64,000 bases of DNA from Blastocladiella emersonii ATCC 22665 (lineage: Eukaryota > Fungi > Blastocladiomycota), in NCBI GenBank assembly GCA_025594325.1, contig JANHCV010000001.1, positions 1,302,001 through 1,366,000 of the forward strand, given 5' to 3'. The notes under the pieces are model-generated. The model ran no database searches, was not told the DNA's origin, and was given only the letters and a program-made list of their open reading frames with translations. Both the position numbers and the translations under genes were made by a program. Position 1 is the stretch's first letter, and the number at the start of each line of letters is the position of its first letter. Shown in pieces: positions 41,047-53,000 of this stretch.

Positions 41047-41868
41047 ATGTCCGCGATGAACGCGAGCACTACCGCCGCCAACGAGGGCGCGGACGCACCC
41101 GTGTGCACGCCGCCAGTGCCCCACGCCGCCTCGCCGGTCGCCACGACGCCGCTGGCCGACCTCGCAGCGGTCGCGAGCGCGGTCCTCGGTGGCGGCGACT
41201 CGGACCCAGAGCCCGGACCCGCCGCGCGTGTCCCTGACCACATGGACCAGCAGCAGCAGGCGCCGCTCCGTCACATGTCGCCCTCGGCGCCCGCTGAACA
41301 ACCGCTCGCTGCCGTCACTGGTCGCGCGCGCGAGCAGCAAGGGATCTGCTCGGCGCTGCTCGCCGCCGCCGCGGCCTCGGACCCGCCCGCGCCCTCGCCC
41401 ACCGTTGGCGGGCACGCTGCTGCTCCCGCCCCCGCTCCCGCATCCGCGCTGGATCACGGACTGCAGGCTACGGCACTCTCGCACCCCGCCGCCATGAATG
41501 CTGCCGCCCCCATGAACCACGCGCGCGCCGACCAGCCGCTCGAACAGGCGCAGCTCCCGCAGCACCACCACCAGCAGCAGCCGATCCACCCCTACGCGCC
41601 GTTCTCGACGCAGCAGCCGATGCCCGCGGTCGGCGCGTCCGCGCCGCTCGTGCTGCCCACGTCGCTCCCGCCCCCGCCTCCGCCGCCCGCGCCGCCATCC
41701 TCGTACTACCCGGCCTACTCGCAGTCCTACGCTGCCGCCAGCTCGCTGCCCGCCCCGCCCATGTTCCAGCCCGCCGCTGCCTCGCACTACCACCAGCAGC
41801 AGCCTCAGCCGTACCACCAGCAGCAACAACATCCTCAGGCCCCGCCGCAGCCGCCGCAGCCGCAGATC

Positions 41869-41944
<76 letters not shown>

Positions 41945-43810
41945 CGCCCGGGCTCGTCCCGTCGACCGTGTACGGCGTGCAGCCGTACCCGCACTCGCGC
42001 TACCCGATCGCGCACCAGCCGCCGCCGGTCGTCGCGTCGCAGCCGCCGAACCTGTACATGGCGGGCAACCCGGTCCTCGGCTCCATGGGCGTCGGCATGG
42101 GCGTCGGCCTCACGCACGACGTGGTGGGCAACCCGCTCAACGTCCTCACCGCGCCGATCCCCGGCTACCTGCACCACCACCACCATCACCACCACGGCCC
42201 GATGCCCGCCCACCTCACCACCTTCTTCTGGGAAGAAAAGACCACCAGCGTCTACCAGCTCGACACGGACCGCATCTCCATCTGCCGCCGCGTCGACAAT
42301 GACTACATCAACGGGTACGCGCTTCTTCGCTCATCCTTGGGTCGATCCTGCGGCTGACCATCCTCACTCGGGCGTCCATAGAACCAAGCTACTCAACGTC
42401 ACCCACATGACGCGCGGCAAGCGCGACAGCATCCTCAAGAACGAGCGCGACCGAGACGTGGTCAAGTCGGGCCCGATGCGCCTCAAGGGCGTGTGGATCC
42501 CGCTCGAGCGCGCCCGCGAGCTCGCCCACCAGCACGATACGGCCCACCTCGTCTACCCGCTGCTCGAGGACGATCCTGCCCGACACACGACCGGCCCCGT
42601 GCGGAATACCCCCAACGTGGCCGCCGCACCCGGCTCGTCCCCGCTCAACGGCACCCGCCCGCTCCACCATGGCTACGTGCAGTCGTCGTTTGTTCCGCAG
42701 CAGCCGCAGCAGCAGCAGGCGTGCTCGGGCAACTGCCAGAACCACTCAGCGCTGCAGCACCAGATGATGCAGCAGCAACAGCACGCCTACCCGACGCCGC
42801 AGGTCGACGGGACCGGCATGCAGCCGCAGTCGCAGCAGCCGCACCAGTACCCTCCATCCTCGGCGCCCGCGGCCGCGCCCATGGCCGCCGGCACGACCGG
42901 CTTTCTCGGATCCGCCCCGTCGCTGCCGTCCCACCCCGCCGCCATCCTGTCCGCGGGCCACCTCGCGACGCCCGTACACTCGCCGTACCTCGCCAACTCG
43001 CACCAGTACCAACAGCAGCAGCAGTACCGCACCGGCCCGCTCCCGCCTCCCGCCGCACCCGCACCGTACCTTCACGACGCGCGGCAGCCGCACTCGCACT
43101 CGCACCCGCAACAGCAGCAGCCAGCGCACGACCCCGCGACCACGGCCCTGCTCGACATGTACGCGGCCGGGACCAACCTCGCGCCGCCCACCCTGCGCCA
43201 GCCGACGCCCGCCGACGACGCGGCGACGGGTGCTGCTCCCGCCGGCGGCCCCGGTACCCAGCTCCCGCTGCCCGCGCCCGCTGCCCCGCACCTTGCGTAC
43301 TTGTCGCCGAGCCTCGGCGGCCCCGCGTCGCGCCCGTCGCTACGCCTCCGCCCCTGGGACGACGACTACGATTCCGAGAGCGACGACACCGCCGCGCGCG
43401 ACTCTTCCTCGGTCCTGCCGCCGATCGGCAGCCGCCACGCTTCCGCCGACGCGCACGAGCAGCCGCCCCTTGCGAAACGGCCGCGGCTCGATGACGTCGG
43501 CGCGCTGCTGTCCCCGCCCATGGACCGCCGGCGCGACGGGCAGCACCGCGACACGCTCGACGCGCTGCTCGCGCTCGGCGGCGACTCGGGTGCTGGCGCG
43601 GGCGCGGCGCCACCAACGCCGTCGGTCGGTGACCACAGCAGCATCAGCACCGCGGCCTCGTCACGCGCCGCGTCCCCCGCTAGTAGCAGCAGCGGCGGTG
43701 GCGCGAGCAGCGGGTACGCGTCTGGGCTCGCGCAGCTCGCCGACATTGCGCGGCTCGAGCAGATGCGCGAGACGTCAGCGGCGAGCGACGGCGCGGCAGC
43801 AAGGGTGTGA
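41047..43810 (+). CDS. stuA: APSES transcription factor, StuA/Sok2/Efg1 type; one intron within the APSES domain
   Basis: [27 protein letters not shown]|[40 protein letters not shown], flanked by Q/P/A-rich low-complexity regions. Confidence 0.88.
41869..41943 (+). repeat. Coding microsatellite (CAGCAA)8(CAG)9 encoding 25 Gln
   Basis: Counted directly from the sequence. Confidence 0.95.
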
Positions 43811-44086
43811 TTTCCTCCTCGCTTCGCTCCCTCGGTTACCCTTCTCCTTCACTTCCACGGCCGCGGGCCGCCCGCACGCGCGTCTGGGACGTCGCGGCGG
43901 TCGGTCCTCGCGGCCAACATCTATCTTCCAGCAGCACCCTACCTACTATGACGACCCGCGGGATAGCATCCCCGCCCAAGAGATAATAGATTACCTTACC
44001 CCTCCGAGATCGCGATAGTGGGTATATAAGAACAATCGCAGTCTGCTGCTTGCAATCGAGGTAGAAGAAAACTCGCGTGGTCTCGC

Positions 44087-45469
44087 TCAGTCCTTGACCG
44101 ACTTCATCACATCGAGCGCCGCGTGCGAGTGCTCAACCGACACGCCCTTGAGGGGGTGGTGGTGCGGGTGCGCAGTGGACGACTCCTTGGCCGTAGTGGG
44201 CAGCAGCGCGGCCTTGCCGCCACCACTCGAAGCGGCCGACGCAGCGGCAGCAGCGGCCGAGCGCTGGTGGACCTCGATGAACGAGTAAAGCGCGCCTACG
44301 GTTGCGAGAGTGAGACGGCGCGAGCGACGGCGAGGGGCGGAGGAAGCGTACCGCCGAGCAGCGTGATGACGATGCCCATGCCGTTGACGGTGCTGATCTC
44401 GAGGTGGAACATGCTGATGGCGATGAGCACCGACAGGACCTGCTTGACGTTGGCTACTCGCGCGTGCGTGGCCATGGTCAATCGCCGTCGTCGACTCCAT
44501 CGAATCGCCCAGCGTACCCGCGACGCAGATGGTCAGCGCGCCCGTCTTCTTGTTGGCGGTGAACGAGACGTAGTTGAGGAAGAAGGCGATGGCGCCGTTG
44601 GCCGCGAGGCTGGCCACGATGCCCGGCGACATGGTCGCGGACAGGTACGCGCCGAGGCGCTCGTGCTCGCCCGCCATGCGGCTGTACAGCAGCGTCTGCA
44701 CGAACGACAGCGCCGACATGCGGTACAACAGGTCGAGCGGGTGTAGTTTCAGCGGGCCGACGAGAACGACGTTCTGAACGACGGCGCGGATGGTGAGCGA
44801 GGCCGTGCGGACGAGGGAGAGAAGACGTGTCGTACCGTCACGATGCCCTTGAGCGAGGCCAGCACGGTGCCGAGGAAGGTCATGGCGAGCCCGAACTGCG
44901 TGAACGAGTAGTCTCCAGCCGTGGCCAGCGCGACGCCGAACACAATCTACACTCGCAGCCGCGTTAGTGGTGTGCCGATTCCATTCAGTGTTACGCGAAA
45001 CGCACCGGCAGCTGGGCCAGGATGATCAGGCGCGAGTACCGCTTCTTGAGCAGGACCCAGCCGAGGGCAATGGTGAAGACGGGGCTCGTGGCGCGGACGA
45101 CCTGGTGGACCGGCACCGAGACCATGTTGAGCGAGACGTTGGAGATGGCGATGTTGATGCTGTACAGCAGCGAGAACAGGACCATGGTGCCGTGCTCGCT
45201 GCGCGACAGCTTGGCGGGCGTGAAGACGCCCATCCCGATCGCCGCGAGGCAGCCGAGGAAGGCGCACAGACTGTGGATTCCCGTCAGCGTGTACGGGAAC
45301 CTGGCAGCGAAGCACGATGCCGTCAGCGGACGTGCGCACGACGACAACGGCGATACCCGACGTACGAGAACTTGTAGATGGCCATGACATATTTGTTGTG
45401 CAGCGTCAGGAACAGGTTTGCGACAAAGTAGAAGCCCAGCCACATGTATCCATCCTTAGTCGATGTCAT
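44087..45469 (-). CDS. Triose-phosphate/nucleotide-sugar transporter family (DMT) protein; multi-exon
   Basis: LTLHNKYV, FPYTLTGIH, LYSINIAISNVSL, HQVVRATSP, LASLKGIVT, FFLNYVSFTANKKTGALTICVA|NVKQVL. Confidence 0.88.
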
Positions 45470-45783
45470 CTTGCTGCTGCGTCAGACTGCGCAAAGTTGC
45501 AATCCGTGATTTAGGTATCACCGACCCCTGTGGTGATGGAGGCGGCGGCGATCCCGCGGCGGTGCGTGCTCGTCGGTGCCCGTTGCAGGAAGTGCGCGAA
45601 CACGTCGAGGTTGCTGCTTCGAGAAGGTGGGAGACTCGCGCGACGCGTCGGCTGCACCGCGGTCAGGTGGGTGGCGCAACGCGTCTCCCTCCTGACCTGG
45701 GCAAGTTGCTCAACCTCTCCGCTCGCCTCGAATTACGCATCGTCAGCTTGCCTAGGGTCTATTCAAGAATCTGCCACTGGATC

Positions 45784-46860
45784 TCAGGTCTTGCGCTTGA
45801 GCTTGGACGGGCGGTCGCTGTTCCCGCTCGACCGCAGCGTCGAGCCAGCAGAATCGTCCAACCGCCCGGCCAGGAACTTGGCGTATCTCAACCCTCCGGC
45901 GCTCTTGCTGCTACTCGGGTCTCCATTCAAGGAGATCTCGGGGCCGAGCCGCACCGCGCCATTGTCCGCCCCCGTCGCCGCTGCCAGCAGGCTCGACGAG
46001 AGCTGCCGCGGCCCGCCGCCGTGTATGACGAGATGGCCCGACTGATGAAGCACCGGTTGCACCGCCGTGTACGCCTGCTCGAGGCCCGCCGACGAGATCA
46101 GGACCGCCGAGGTCGACAGCGCGCCGTCTCGCGGACCGAGAAAGTCAGAAACGAGCGGATCACCCAGCACAGCCTCCGACGCCTGCATACCAGGGTTGCC
46201 CTGCACGCGGATCAGGCCCGGCGTCGAGGCCCCGTGGAACACGCGGCCCTGCATCGCGAGGTACCCGTCCACGTCCGCCATGGCGGCCGCTGCGGCCGCG
46301 GTATCGGCCTTCTTCTTCTTCTTGCCGTCGCGCCGACGACGCGACTCCGCGTCCGATGAGGACGACGACGATGAACCACGCCGTCCGCGCCGGCTTCTAC
46401 GGCCTCGCTTCCGGTCGCCGCAGCACGGGCATTTCGGGCACCCGAAGCAGCAGATGACCTTGCAGCACCGCCGGCACGTGCACCAGATGGTTACGACGCA
46501 GCACAGGAGCGCGGCCGCGGCGAGCGTGATGGGCAGCCACGTCGGGACGTTGGGCGTGAAGATATACGGCGTCGAAGTCGCCGCCGCGCTGGCAGTCGTC
46601 TTGGTCGCCGTGACAGTGGTCGCGGTCCCATTCGCGCCGGCGGTGGTCGAGCTGTTAGAGAACACGGCGCTGCTGACGAAGTTGATGATGCCGAACTCGG
46701 CCGTTGGGGTCGGTGTCACTTCCGCGGTGGTCGCCGCATCAGCCCATGGCGACGAGGGCGGCGGCAGCGACTGCGTTGCACGGGCCGGGCTGTTGTCACT
46801 GGCGGCCGCCGTCAAGACGGCGGTAGTGCTTGATGTGCGATCCATGGTATCGACGATCAT
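45784..46860 (-). CDS. Hypothetical single-pass membrane protein with S/T/A-rich N-terminus and Cys-rich juxtamembrane segment
   Basis: ORF 45784-46902 with hydrophobic WLPITLAAAALLCCVVTIW followed by CTCRRCCKVICCFGCPKCPCC and a basic stretch; start uncertain. Confidence 0.7.
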   Translation of the reverse strand: MIVDTMDRTSSTTAVLTAAASDNSPARATQSLPPPSSPWADAATTAEVTPTPTAEFGIINFVSSAVFSNSSTTAGANGTATTVTATKTTASAAATSTPYIFTPNVPTWLPITLAAAALLCCVVTIWCTCRRCCKVICCFGCPKCPCCGDRKRGRRSRRGRRGSSSSSSSDAESRRRRDGKKKKKADTAAAAAAMADVDGYLAMQGRVFHGASTPGLIRVQGNPGMQASEAVLGDPLVSDFLGPRDGALSTSAVLISSAGLEQAYTAVQPVLHQSGHLVIHGGGPRQLSSSLLAAATGADNGAVRLGPEISLNGDPSSSKSAGGLRYAKFLAGRLDDSAGSTLRSSGNSDRPSKLKRKT

Positions 46861-47597
46861 GAAGCCATGCGCGAGAGCGGGCTGGACGCGGTTCACTAGC
46901 AATCTGGGTGGTTGACGGGCGCTGTATCGCGCAGCTGATTAAGCTCCAGCGTGGCAGTGAAGCAGATGCTGCGAGTTCTGCCCCGTTCAGGGATCGGGGA
47001 GTGCGGATCAGGGGCGCGATCGACTGCCGCGTACGTGGCGGTGAACGACGCGTTCGCAGAGCGTAGAGACAGGGCGGTGCGAGGTCGGCGATGGCAGCAA
47101 TTCCAGACGAAATCCAGGCTGCATACCGCGGCTCACATCACAATCGACGAGGGTGTTTGCTCCAAACTTAGCTGGTTGCCTAGCAACGGCTTTCACGTTG
47201 AGCAACTGCATCATGCTGGCGAAGCAAGCAACTCAAACTTACGACGACAAACGCCCACTCATCGTCTTAACGATGATGCTTTTACTCAGGATCATACTTG
47301 AGGGTGAGTTCTAACGCGTCCGTTGCCGAAGACTTGGTGGTGATGGTGGCCGTGCGCAGCGAGCATGGCCGCGAGGGCCAAGCGAGTGTGACGGCCGCTG
47401 TCCTCCGCCACTCGCACCCATGTTGAAGAAGAAGGAGCCACGATGCTGTAGCTGAACGTGATCGGATACAAGTGGTGGCCCGGGAACCGCGTAACTACGC
47501 CCGTCGGCAGTCGACGCGACGCGCCCCGCAGGGCACACGGGACTGCGCCAATTTAGAAGGCTAAGTCACAGACCCCTCCCACACCCCGCAGATTAAA

Positions 47598-47987
47598 TCC
47601 AATAATTGCAGGACCACTACTAAAATTGCTCACTCGACATATCCGAGCCGTCTGTGCAATTTCAGCCGGGTCGAACATGTCGCCCAATTCAGGAAGCTAA
47701 GTCTTAAGTGCGTTTTTCGTCCGAGCGACCAAACCGAAAGTTTTTTTCAACTTTGCACGGTCGGACGAGTTCTCGGTACCCCGACACCTCGACTCGGAGG
47801 TTTTCACATGTTCTGGACCGCTGAAGGTCGCTGATCACGAATCTGCCCTCAGAAAAATGTTTCCGATGCATCTTGAATTTAGGCAGCTAAGTTGTGTCAC
47901 GTGAGCCGAGGCCTTCAGCGCGGCCAGCGACGCGACGCTCACGTCCGCGTGACCACGAAGCACGCGTCGGTTTGCTCCCGCCCGTGT
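47598..47987. repeat. 390-bp dispersed repeat, copy B (same orientation as copy A)
   Basis: Direct match to 29763-30152. Confidence 0.9.
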
Positions 47988-48846
47988 CAGTCGATGATTT
48001 CATGGGTGGCAGCTGCAGCGAAGCCTTGCATAGACGATTGCGCGGTAGGATGGATCAATGGGATGCTCGTTCGCTCGCTCAAGCGGCGGCGTCACTTGGT
48101 CGCTTGAAGCGACAACGCACACACGCCTGCCTCGTCCAGTCTTGCTCCGCCTACAACTGGTCCCGGTGCTGGTATATGATCGCGAGGCGCTTAGGCCAGC
48201 TCGACGTCCAGCTTCGGCACCATCACTCAGGTGTACGAACAGCCGCGCGTTGGGGGCTACTCCTGGCCACCAGTTCTGGACGATCCCTCGCAGCTCAAAA
48301 CTCAACATGCACGCGAAGCTGGCGCGTAGCGTGCTAGTTTAGGCACATGGTGCGACCGTTATCGCGAGTCGATGGCCCAGGTGCCATCGCGCGAGCACGC
48401 GGACATCACGGTTCGGATCAAGGTCGGGCGATCGTTACGTCGACGCGCTCAGTGTGCTCCCAGTACAGCAACCGCAGAGCGTTCAAGAGGCTTTACGAGC
48501 GTTTGAGCGAAACCGAAACAACGACAAGCATGAGATTGATCCTTTAATAGCCGAGCCCGCTGAGTGCCAAGGGGGAAGGGGTGCATCAGTCGCCGTCAAG
48601 AGTGAGTTTTGCAGAAGCGCGGTTTTTATCTCAACTCGATCATCGAGCGGGGACAAGGTGGTCGAGGAGAACGGCGCAACAAGAGAAGGGAGGGAGAGGA
48701 AAGAGCAAATCGAACGAGTTCAACGAGAAAGAGGAACAGGGGGACAGGGGGACGGGGGGACGAGAAAGGCAAACAACGAGGAGGGAAGAAGTACATCGGC
48801 GGAATCGGCGATGGAGGCAGAGGGTGGGAGGAACGGGCGGGAGGGC

Positions 48847-49644
48847 TTAGTGGCAGCCGTCGCCGTAGTAGCCCGACTCGTAGCCGTGGCCGCTGTCGCC
48901 GTAGTACCCGGACGAGTAGTCGTTGCCGCTGTCGCCATAGTAGCCCGAGTCGTAGCCCTTGGAGTCGTCGCCGTAGTAGCCCGAGTCGTAGCCCTTGGAA
49001 TCGTCGCCGTAGTAGCCCGAGTCGTAGCCCTTCGAGTCGTCGCCGTAGTAGCCCGAGTCGTAGCCCTTCGAGTCGTCACCGTAGTAGCCCGAGTCGTAGC
49101 CCTTCGAGTCGTCGCCGTAGTAGCCCGAGTCGTAGCCCTTGGAATCGTCACCGTAGTACCCGGAATCGTAGCCCTTGGAATCGTCGCCGTAGTAGCCCGA
49201 GTCGTAGCCCTTCGAGTCGTCGCCGTAGTAGCCCGAGTCGTAGCCCTTGGAATCGTCGCCGTAGTAGCCCGAGTCGTAGCCCTTCGAGTCGTCGCCGTAG
49301 TAGCCCGAGTCGTAGCCCTTCGAGTCGTCGCCGTAGTAGCCCGAGTCGTAGCCCTTCGAGTCGTCGCCGTAGTAGCCCGAGTCGTAGCCCTTGGAATCGT
49401 CACCGTAGTACCCGGAATCGTAGCCCTTGGAATCGTCGCCGTAGTAGCCCGAGTCGTAGCCCTTCGAGTCGTCGCCGTAGTAGCCCGAGTCGTAGCCCTT
49501 CGAGTCGTCACCGTAGTAGCCCGAGTCGTAGCCCTTCGAGTCGTCGCCGTAGTAGCTCGAGTCGTACGAGCCGTACGAGTCGTCGCCGTAGTAGCCCGAG
49601 TCGTAGCTGCCGTACGAGTCGTCGCCGTAGCCGTAGCCGGTCAT
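48847..49644 (-). CDS. Tyr/Gly/Asp/Ser-rich tandem-repeat protein, copy 1 (265 aa; 17 x GDDSKGYDSGYY)
   Basis: CACCACC-ATG context. All nucleotide variation among the 17 core 36-bp units is synonymous in this frame. Pyrimidine-rich flanks resemble UTRs of other genes in the window. Confidence 0.85.
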   Translation of the reverse strand: MTGYGYGDDSYGSYDSGYYGDDSYGSYDSSYYGDDSKGYDSGYYGDDSKGYDSGYYGDDSKGYDSGYYGDDSKGYDSGYYGDDSKGYDSGYYGDDSKGYDSGYYGDDSKGYDSGYYGDDSKGYDSGYYGDDSKGYDSGYYGDDSKGYDSGYYGDDSKGYDSGYYGDDSKGYDSGYYGDDSKGYDSGYYGDDSKGYDSGYYGDDSKGYDSGYYGDDSKGYDSGYYGDDSKGYDSGYYGDSGNDYSSGYYGDSGHGYESGYYGDGCH

Positions 49645-50383
49645 GGTGGTGAAGAGGGTTGGGTGGGGTGGGGAGGGGAGGGTGTGCAAGAGTGCAAGGG
49701 AGAGAGGACTGGGAGGTGCTCGCTGTCGAATCGAGAGGGAGGGATGCGGGGCGGCGGCCGCTACTTATCGGCCGGCGGGCAGGACGCGGGACGCGGCGAC
49801 GACGGCAGCGAGCGGGCGATGACCGCGGCGATGCAGCAGCTGCCAAGCGAGCGGGCTCGCAGCGGGCGGCGGCATCGCCCCGCAACGGGAAGCGCGGGTC
49901 CACGACGACGACGGCGGCGGCCGCGCGCGCCTGCGCGTCTTGGCGCGACGCCAGCTGGCGTATGGAGCTAGCAGGGACGCGAGAGGGCCAAGCGTCGGAT
50001 CGGGCCCTGCCCATGGTGCTGCGCTAGGTCCACTTGCGGCACGCCAAGGCGCAAAGGCCGCCGCCGTCCTGGGTCCACTTTCGCGGAGCTAGGCGCGGCC
50101 GCAGCAGCGCGCCGCTCGATGCATGCAGTTGCGTTCCATTTGTTTGCATCGCTGATCAGGAAGGTGGAGAGACCCGGGAGCGCGAACAAGTCAGCGAGGC
50201 GTGACGGCGGCGGCCTTGGGCGCCGCCACGGTGCGTTTCTGGCTCGTGCTGGTCACGCCATTTCGCGTCGCGTCTCCACGACTCGAGCGCTTTCGGGGTC
50301 CGAGAGACAAGAGTCGGGGAACCGAGCAAGTTGAAAGCAACGTAATACACTAGGAAGAATACACGCCCTCGGAGCGAACGCGG

Positions 50384-51148
50384 TCAAGCACACACGCGCT
50401 CCCCTGCCCCGATCAGCGCCGCCACGGCCTCCGTGACCGCGTTGGGGGCCGGCGCGACCAGGGGCATCTCGACGCGGCCGAAAAAGTCGATCATCTTGGT
50501 CACCTCCTTGGCGTACGAGCCCTCGATCGGCGACGCCTGGGCCGTGTACAGCGACGACAGCACCGGCGTGATCAGCGGGACCATGCGCGGCGGCACCGTC
50601 GTACCCTTGGCCGCCGCCGCCGCCGCCACCTTGCTCTCCCTCATCTCCTTGACGCCCTTGACCTTGACCTTGTCACACACGTTGTTGAGCGCCGTGATGC
50701 GCTTGAGGGCGCGGCGCTCGTGCGGCGCCATCACGTACACCTCGTGCGCGTCAATCATCTCGAGCGGCGAGCTGATCGCGTTGAAGGTCACGAAATCGGC
50801 GTTGCTGTTGATCGCGTGCTGTTCACGAGGTAGTCGAGTACGGGAGAGTGAGTGACTTGACTAGTCGAGGCAGGATGATCGGGCCGCACGCAGCAAGCTG
50901 TACCTCAGCAACGCGAATCCACTTCTGGACCGCGGCGTCGCAGTGCGTCTTGGTCCCGTGGTTCGAGCCCTTAACAATCGCGTAGATTCGGTTGTAGGTA
51001 ACCGGTGTGTTGGCCTGGAGGATCGCGGCGACAAAGGCGCCCACGACCTCGGGTTCCTCAAACTGGATCTTGCGGATGGCCGCGCGAATCGTCTTGACCA
51101 GGTCGCCGAGCTGCAGCGACGCCAGCGCCGCCAGGTCCGTGGCCAGGT
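50384..51148 (-). CDS. RasGEF (CDC25)-like domain protein, 3' exons; upstream exons run into the spacer and may be degenerate
   Basis: IRKIQFEE, YNRI, VQKWIRVAE|HAINSNADFVTFNAISSPL and PPRMVPLITPVLSSL resemble RasGEF motifs (FRKI.P.E, FNR, KFIKVAEHC..NNFNS, PP.VPFLG.YL.DL). An 85-bp intron joins the two ORFs in frame. Confidence 0.5.
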
Positions 51149-52260
51149 CTGCGCGACCGGTACTCGAGGACGACTGACGGACTGGCCGGGAACAGGGCCG
51201 GTCGGGTCAGTGGGGTCGGGTCGGATGCAGGTGGCGCAGGAGCGGCGGTGCCGAGATGCTGAGCCGTTCAGATCGGGCCGTAGTCGAGCGTCGCAAAGAT
51301 GACGGCGCGGTAGACGTCGATGGCGGAGGCGAGCGTGAACGGGAGCGGGCGGGCGATGCCGATGTGCGCAGGATGCAGCCAGGGTTGCAAATCCAGGATA
51401 GGACGTGCGGGAAGCTCGGTCAAGATGTTGCAGTGCGGGATACGGGTGGGACTGTAGCCAACAGGGCAGCGCGATGGACGGGCAGTGGTATGAGGAAGAC
51501 CGAGCGGGGATGGCGGGGCTCCCGGCCGCCTTCATAGTTCCAGTCCGTTGCATGAAGAAAGGTCGTCGCTGTCAAGCCGATTCAGTCACGACGGCAGAAT
51601 GACTGGCTCGCCGTCGACGGGCCGTGGTGGCGGAGGCGGAGCAGGATGGAAATCAGTTGGAAAGCGCGCGCGGTTGGCCACCTGACCCGAGCTGACCCTT
51701 GACCTGCTTTCACCGCTCGCTGGAGGCGTGATCGCGGTGCAGGGGTGACGTCGATGGCGCGGATGCGAAGAACGTGATGTATCGCACTATTGGGGTGCAT
51801 CGAAAGCGCGGGGAGTGTTGCAGCTGCAAAAAGGGATCGACAGCGGAGCGCATAGAAAGCTTGCCAAGGTCAATCGGACAGTCGCTCGGTGCAACGGGAC
51901 TGCGACCCCGACCCCGCGGCAGTCGCCCCGAGTGAGCACCGGGTTGAGAAATCAGAGGCGATGGTGCGACCGACGCAAGGACGAGAACCGGCGGAAAGCC
52001 GCCGTGACGCCCGAGTCGTGCCGCGACGCTCTCGGAAGGTAGGAAACGACGCGGTACAGCTCGAGGAAGCGCGCAAGCGCGAATATATACGAAATCAGCT
52101 ACCGAGCGAGCGCCACCGGTGCGTCTTCGCGAAGGATCGAGCCGGCGGTGGTTGTGCGTGTCGGAGAGCGGTCGGAGAGGGGTTGCGCGTGTCGGGGAGA
52201 GCGGTGACGAGGCGGCGGCGGGCGGAGGCGCGCAGTGGAGGAGGTTCGTATGGTCGGTGC

Positions 52261-53000
52261 GGCGTCGCTGCAGCTCGGCGACCTGGTCAAGACGATTCGC
52301 GCGGCCATCCGCAAGATCCAGTTTGAGGAACCCGAGGTCGTGGGCGCCTTTGTCGCCGCGATCCTCCAGGCCAACACACCGGTTACCTACAACCGAATCT
52401 ACGCGATTGTTAAGGGCTCGAACCACGGGACCAAGACGCACTGCGACGCCGCGGTCCAGAAGTGGATTCGCGTTGCTGAGGTACGGCTTGCTGCGTGCGG
52501 CCCGATCATCCTGCCTCGACTAGTCAAGTCACTCACTCTCCCGTACTCGACTACCTCGTGAACAGCACGCGATCAACAGCAACGCCGATTTCGTGACCTT
52601 CAACGCGATCAGCTCGCCGCTCGAGATGATTGACGCGCACGAGGTGTACGTGATGGCGCCGCACGAGCGCCGCGCCCTCAAGCGCATCACGGCGCTCAAC
52701 AACGTGTGTGACAAGGTCAAGGTCAAGGGCGTCAAGGAGATGAGGGAGAGCAAGGTGGCGGCGGCGGCGGCGGCCAAGGGTACGACGGTGCCGCCGCGCA
52801 TGGTCCCGCTGATCACGCCGGTGCTGTCGTCGCTGTACACGGCCCAGGCGTCGCCGATCGAGGGCTCGTACGCCAAGGAGGTGACCAAGATGATCGACTT
52901 TTTCGGCCGCGTCGAGATGCCCCTGGTCGCGCCGGCCCCCAACGCGGTCACGGAGGCCGTGGCGGCGCTGATCGGGGCAGGGGAGCGCGTGTGTGCTTGA
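52261..53000 (+). pseudogene. 5'-truncated duplicate of the RasGEF-like gene (intron 52481-52565)
   Basis: Same as the left copy from ASLQLGDLVKT onward; upstream sequence is unrelated spacer that supplies a possible ATG at 52250. Confidence 0.5.

Larger units (their letters stand above)
47241..51123. repeat. Left arm of large inverted repeat (3,883 bp)
   Basis: Position x pairs with 103384-x, and the ORF track is mirrored accordingly. Complementarity stops at 47240/56144 and 51124/52260. Confidence 0.97.

Noticed and set aside
47259-47276. 7-bp hairpin near the outer end of each palindrome arm
   Set aside because: Too short to be significant, with no CTRR terminus or TSD to support a Helitron or other TE end.
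47990-48337. ORF segment SAYNWSRCWYMIARRLGQL resembling hAT TRWNS..MLERL
   Set aside because: Similarity is too weak and no other hAT motifs are nearby.
48865-49626. 36-bp repeat array as a possible CRISPR array
   Set aside because: Units are contiguous with no unique spacers, lie in a coding frame, and the genome is eukaryotic with no cas genes in the window.
48454-49971. Long alternative ORFs over the repeat arrays (Val/Arg-rich 505 aa, SR/protamine-like 347 aa, Thr/Arg-rich 263 aa) and their mirror copies
   Set aside because: Shadow frames of the 36-bp repeat; unit variation is synonymous only in the GYYGDDSK frame.
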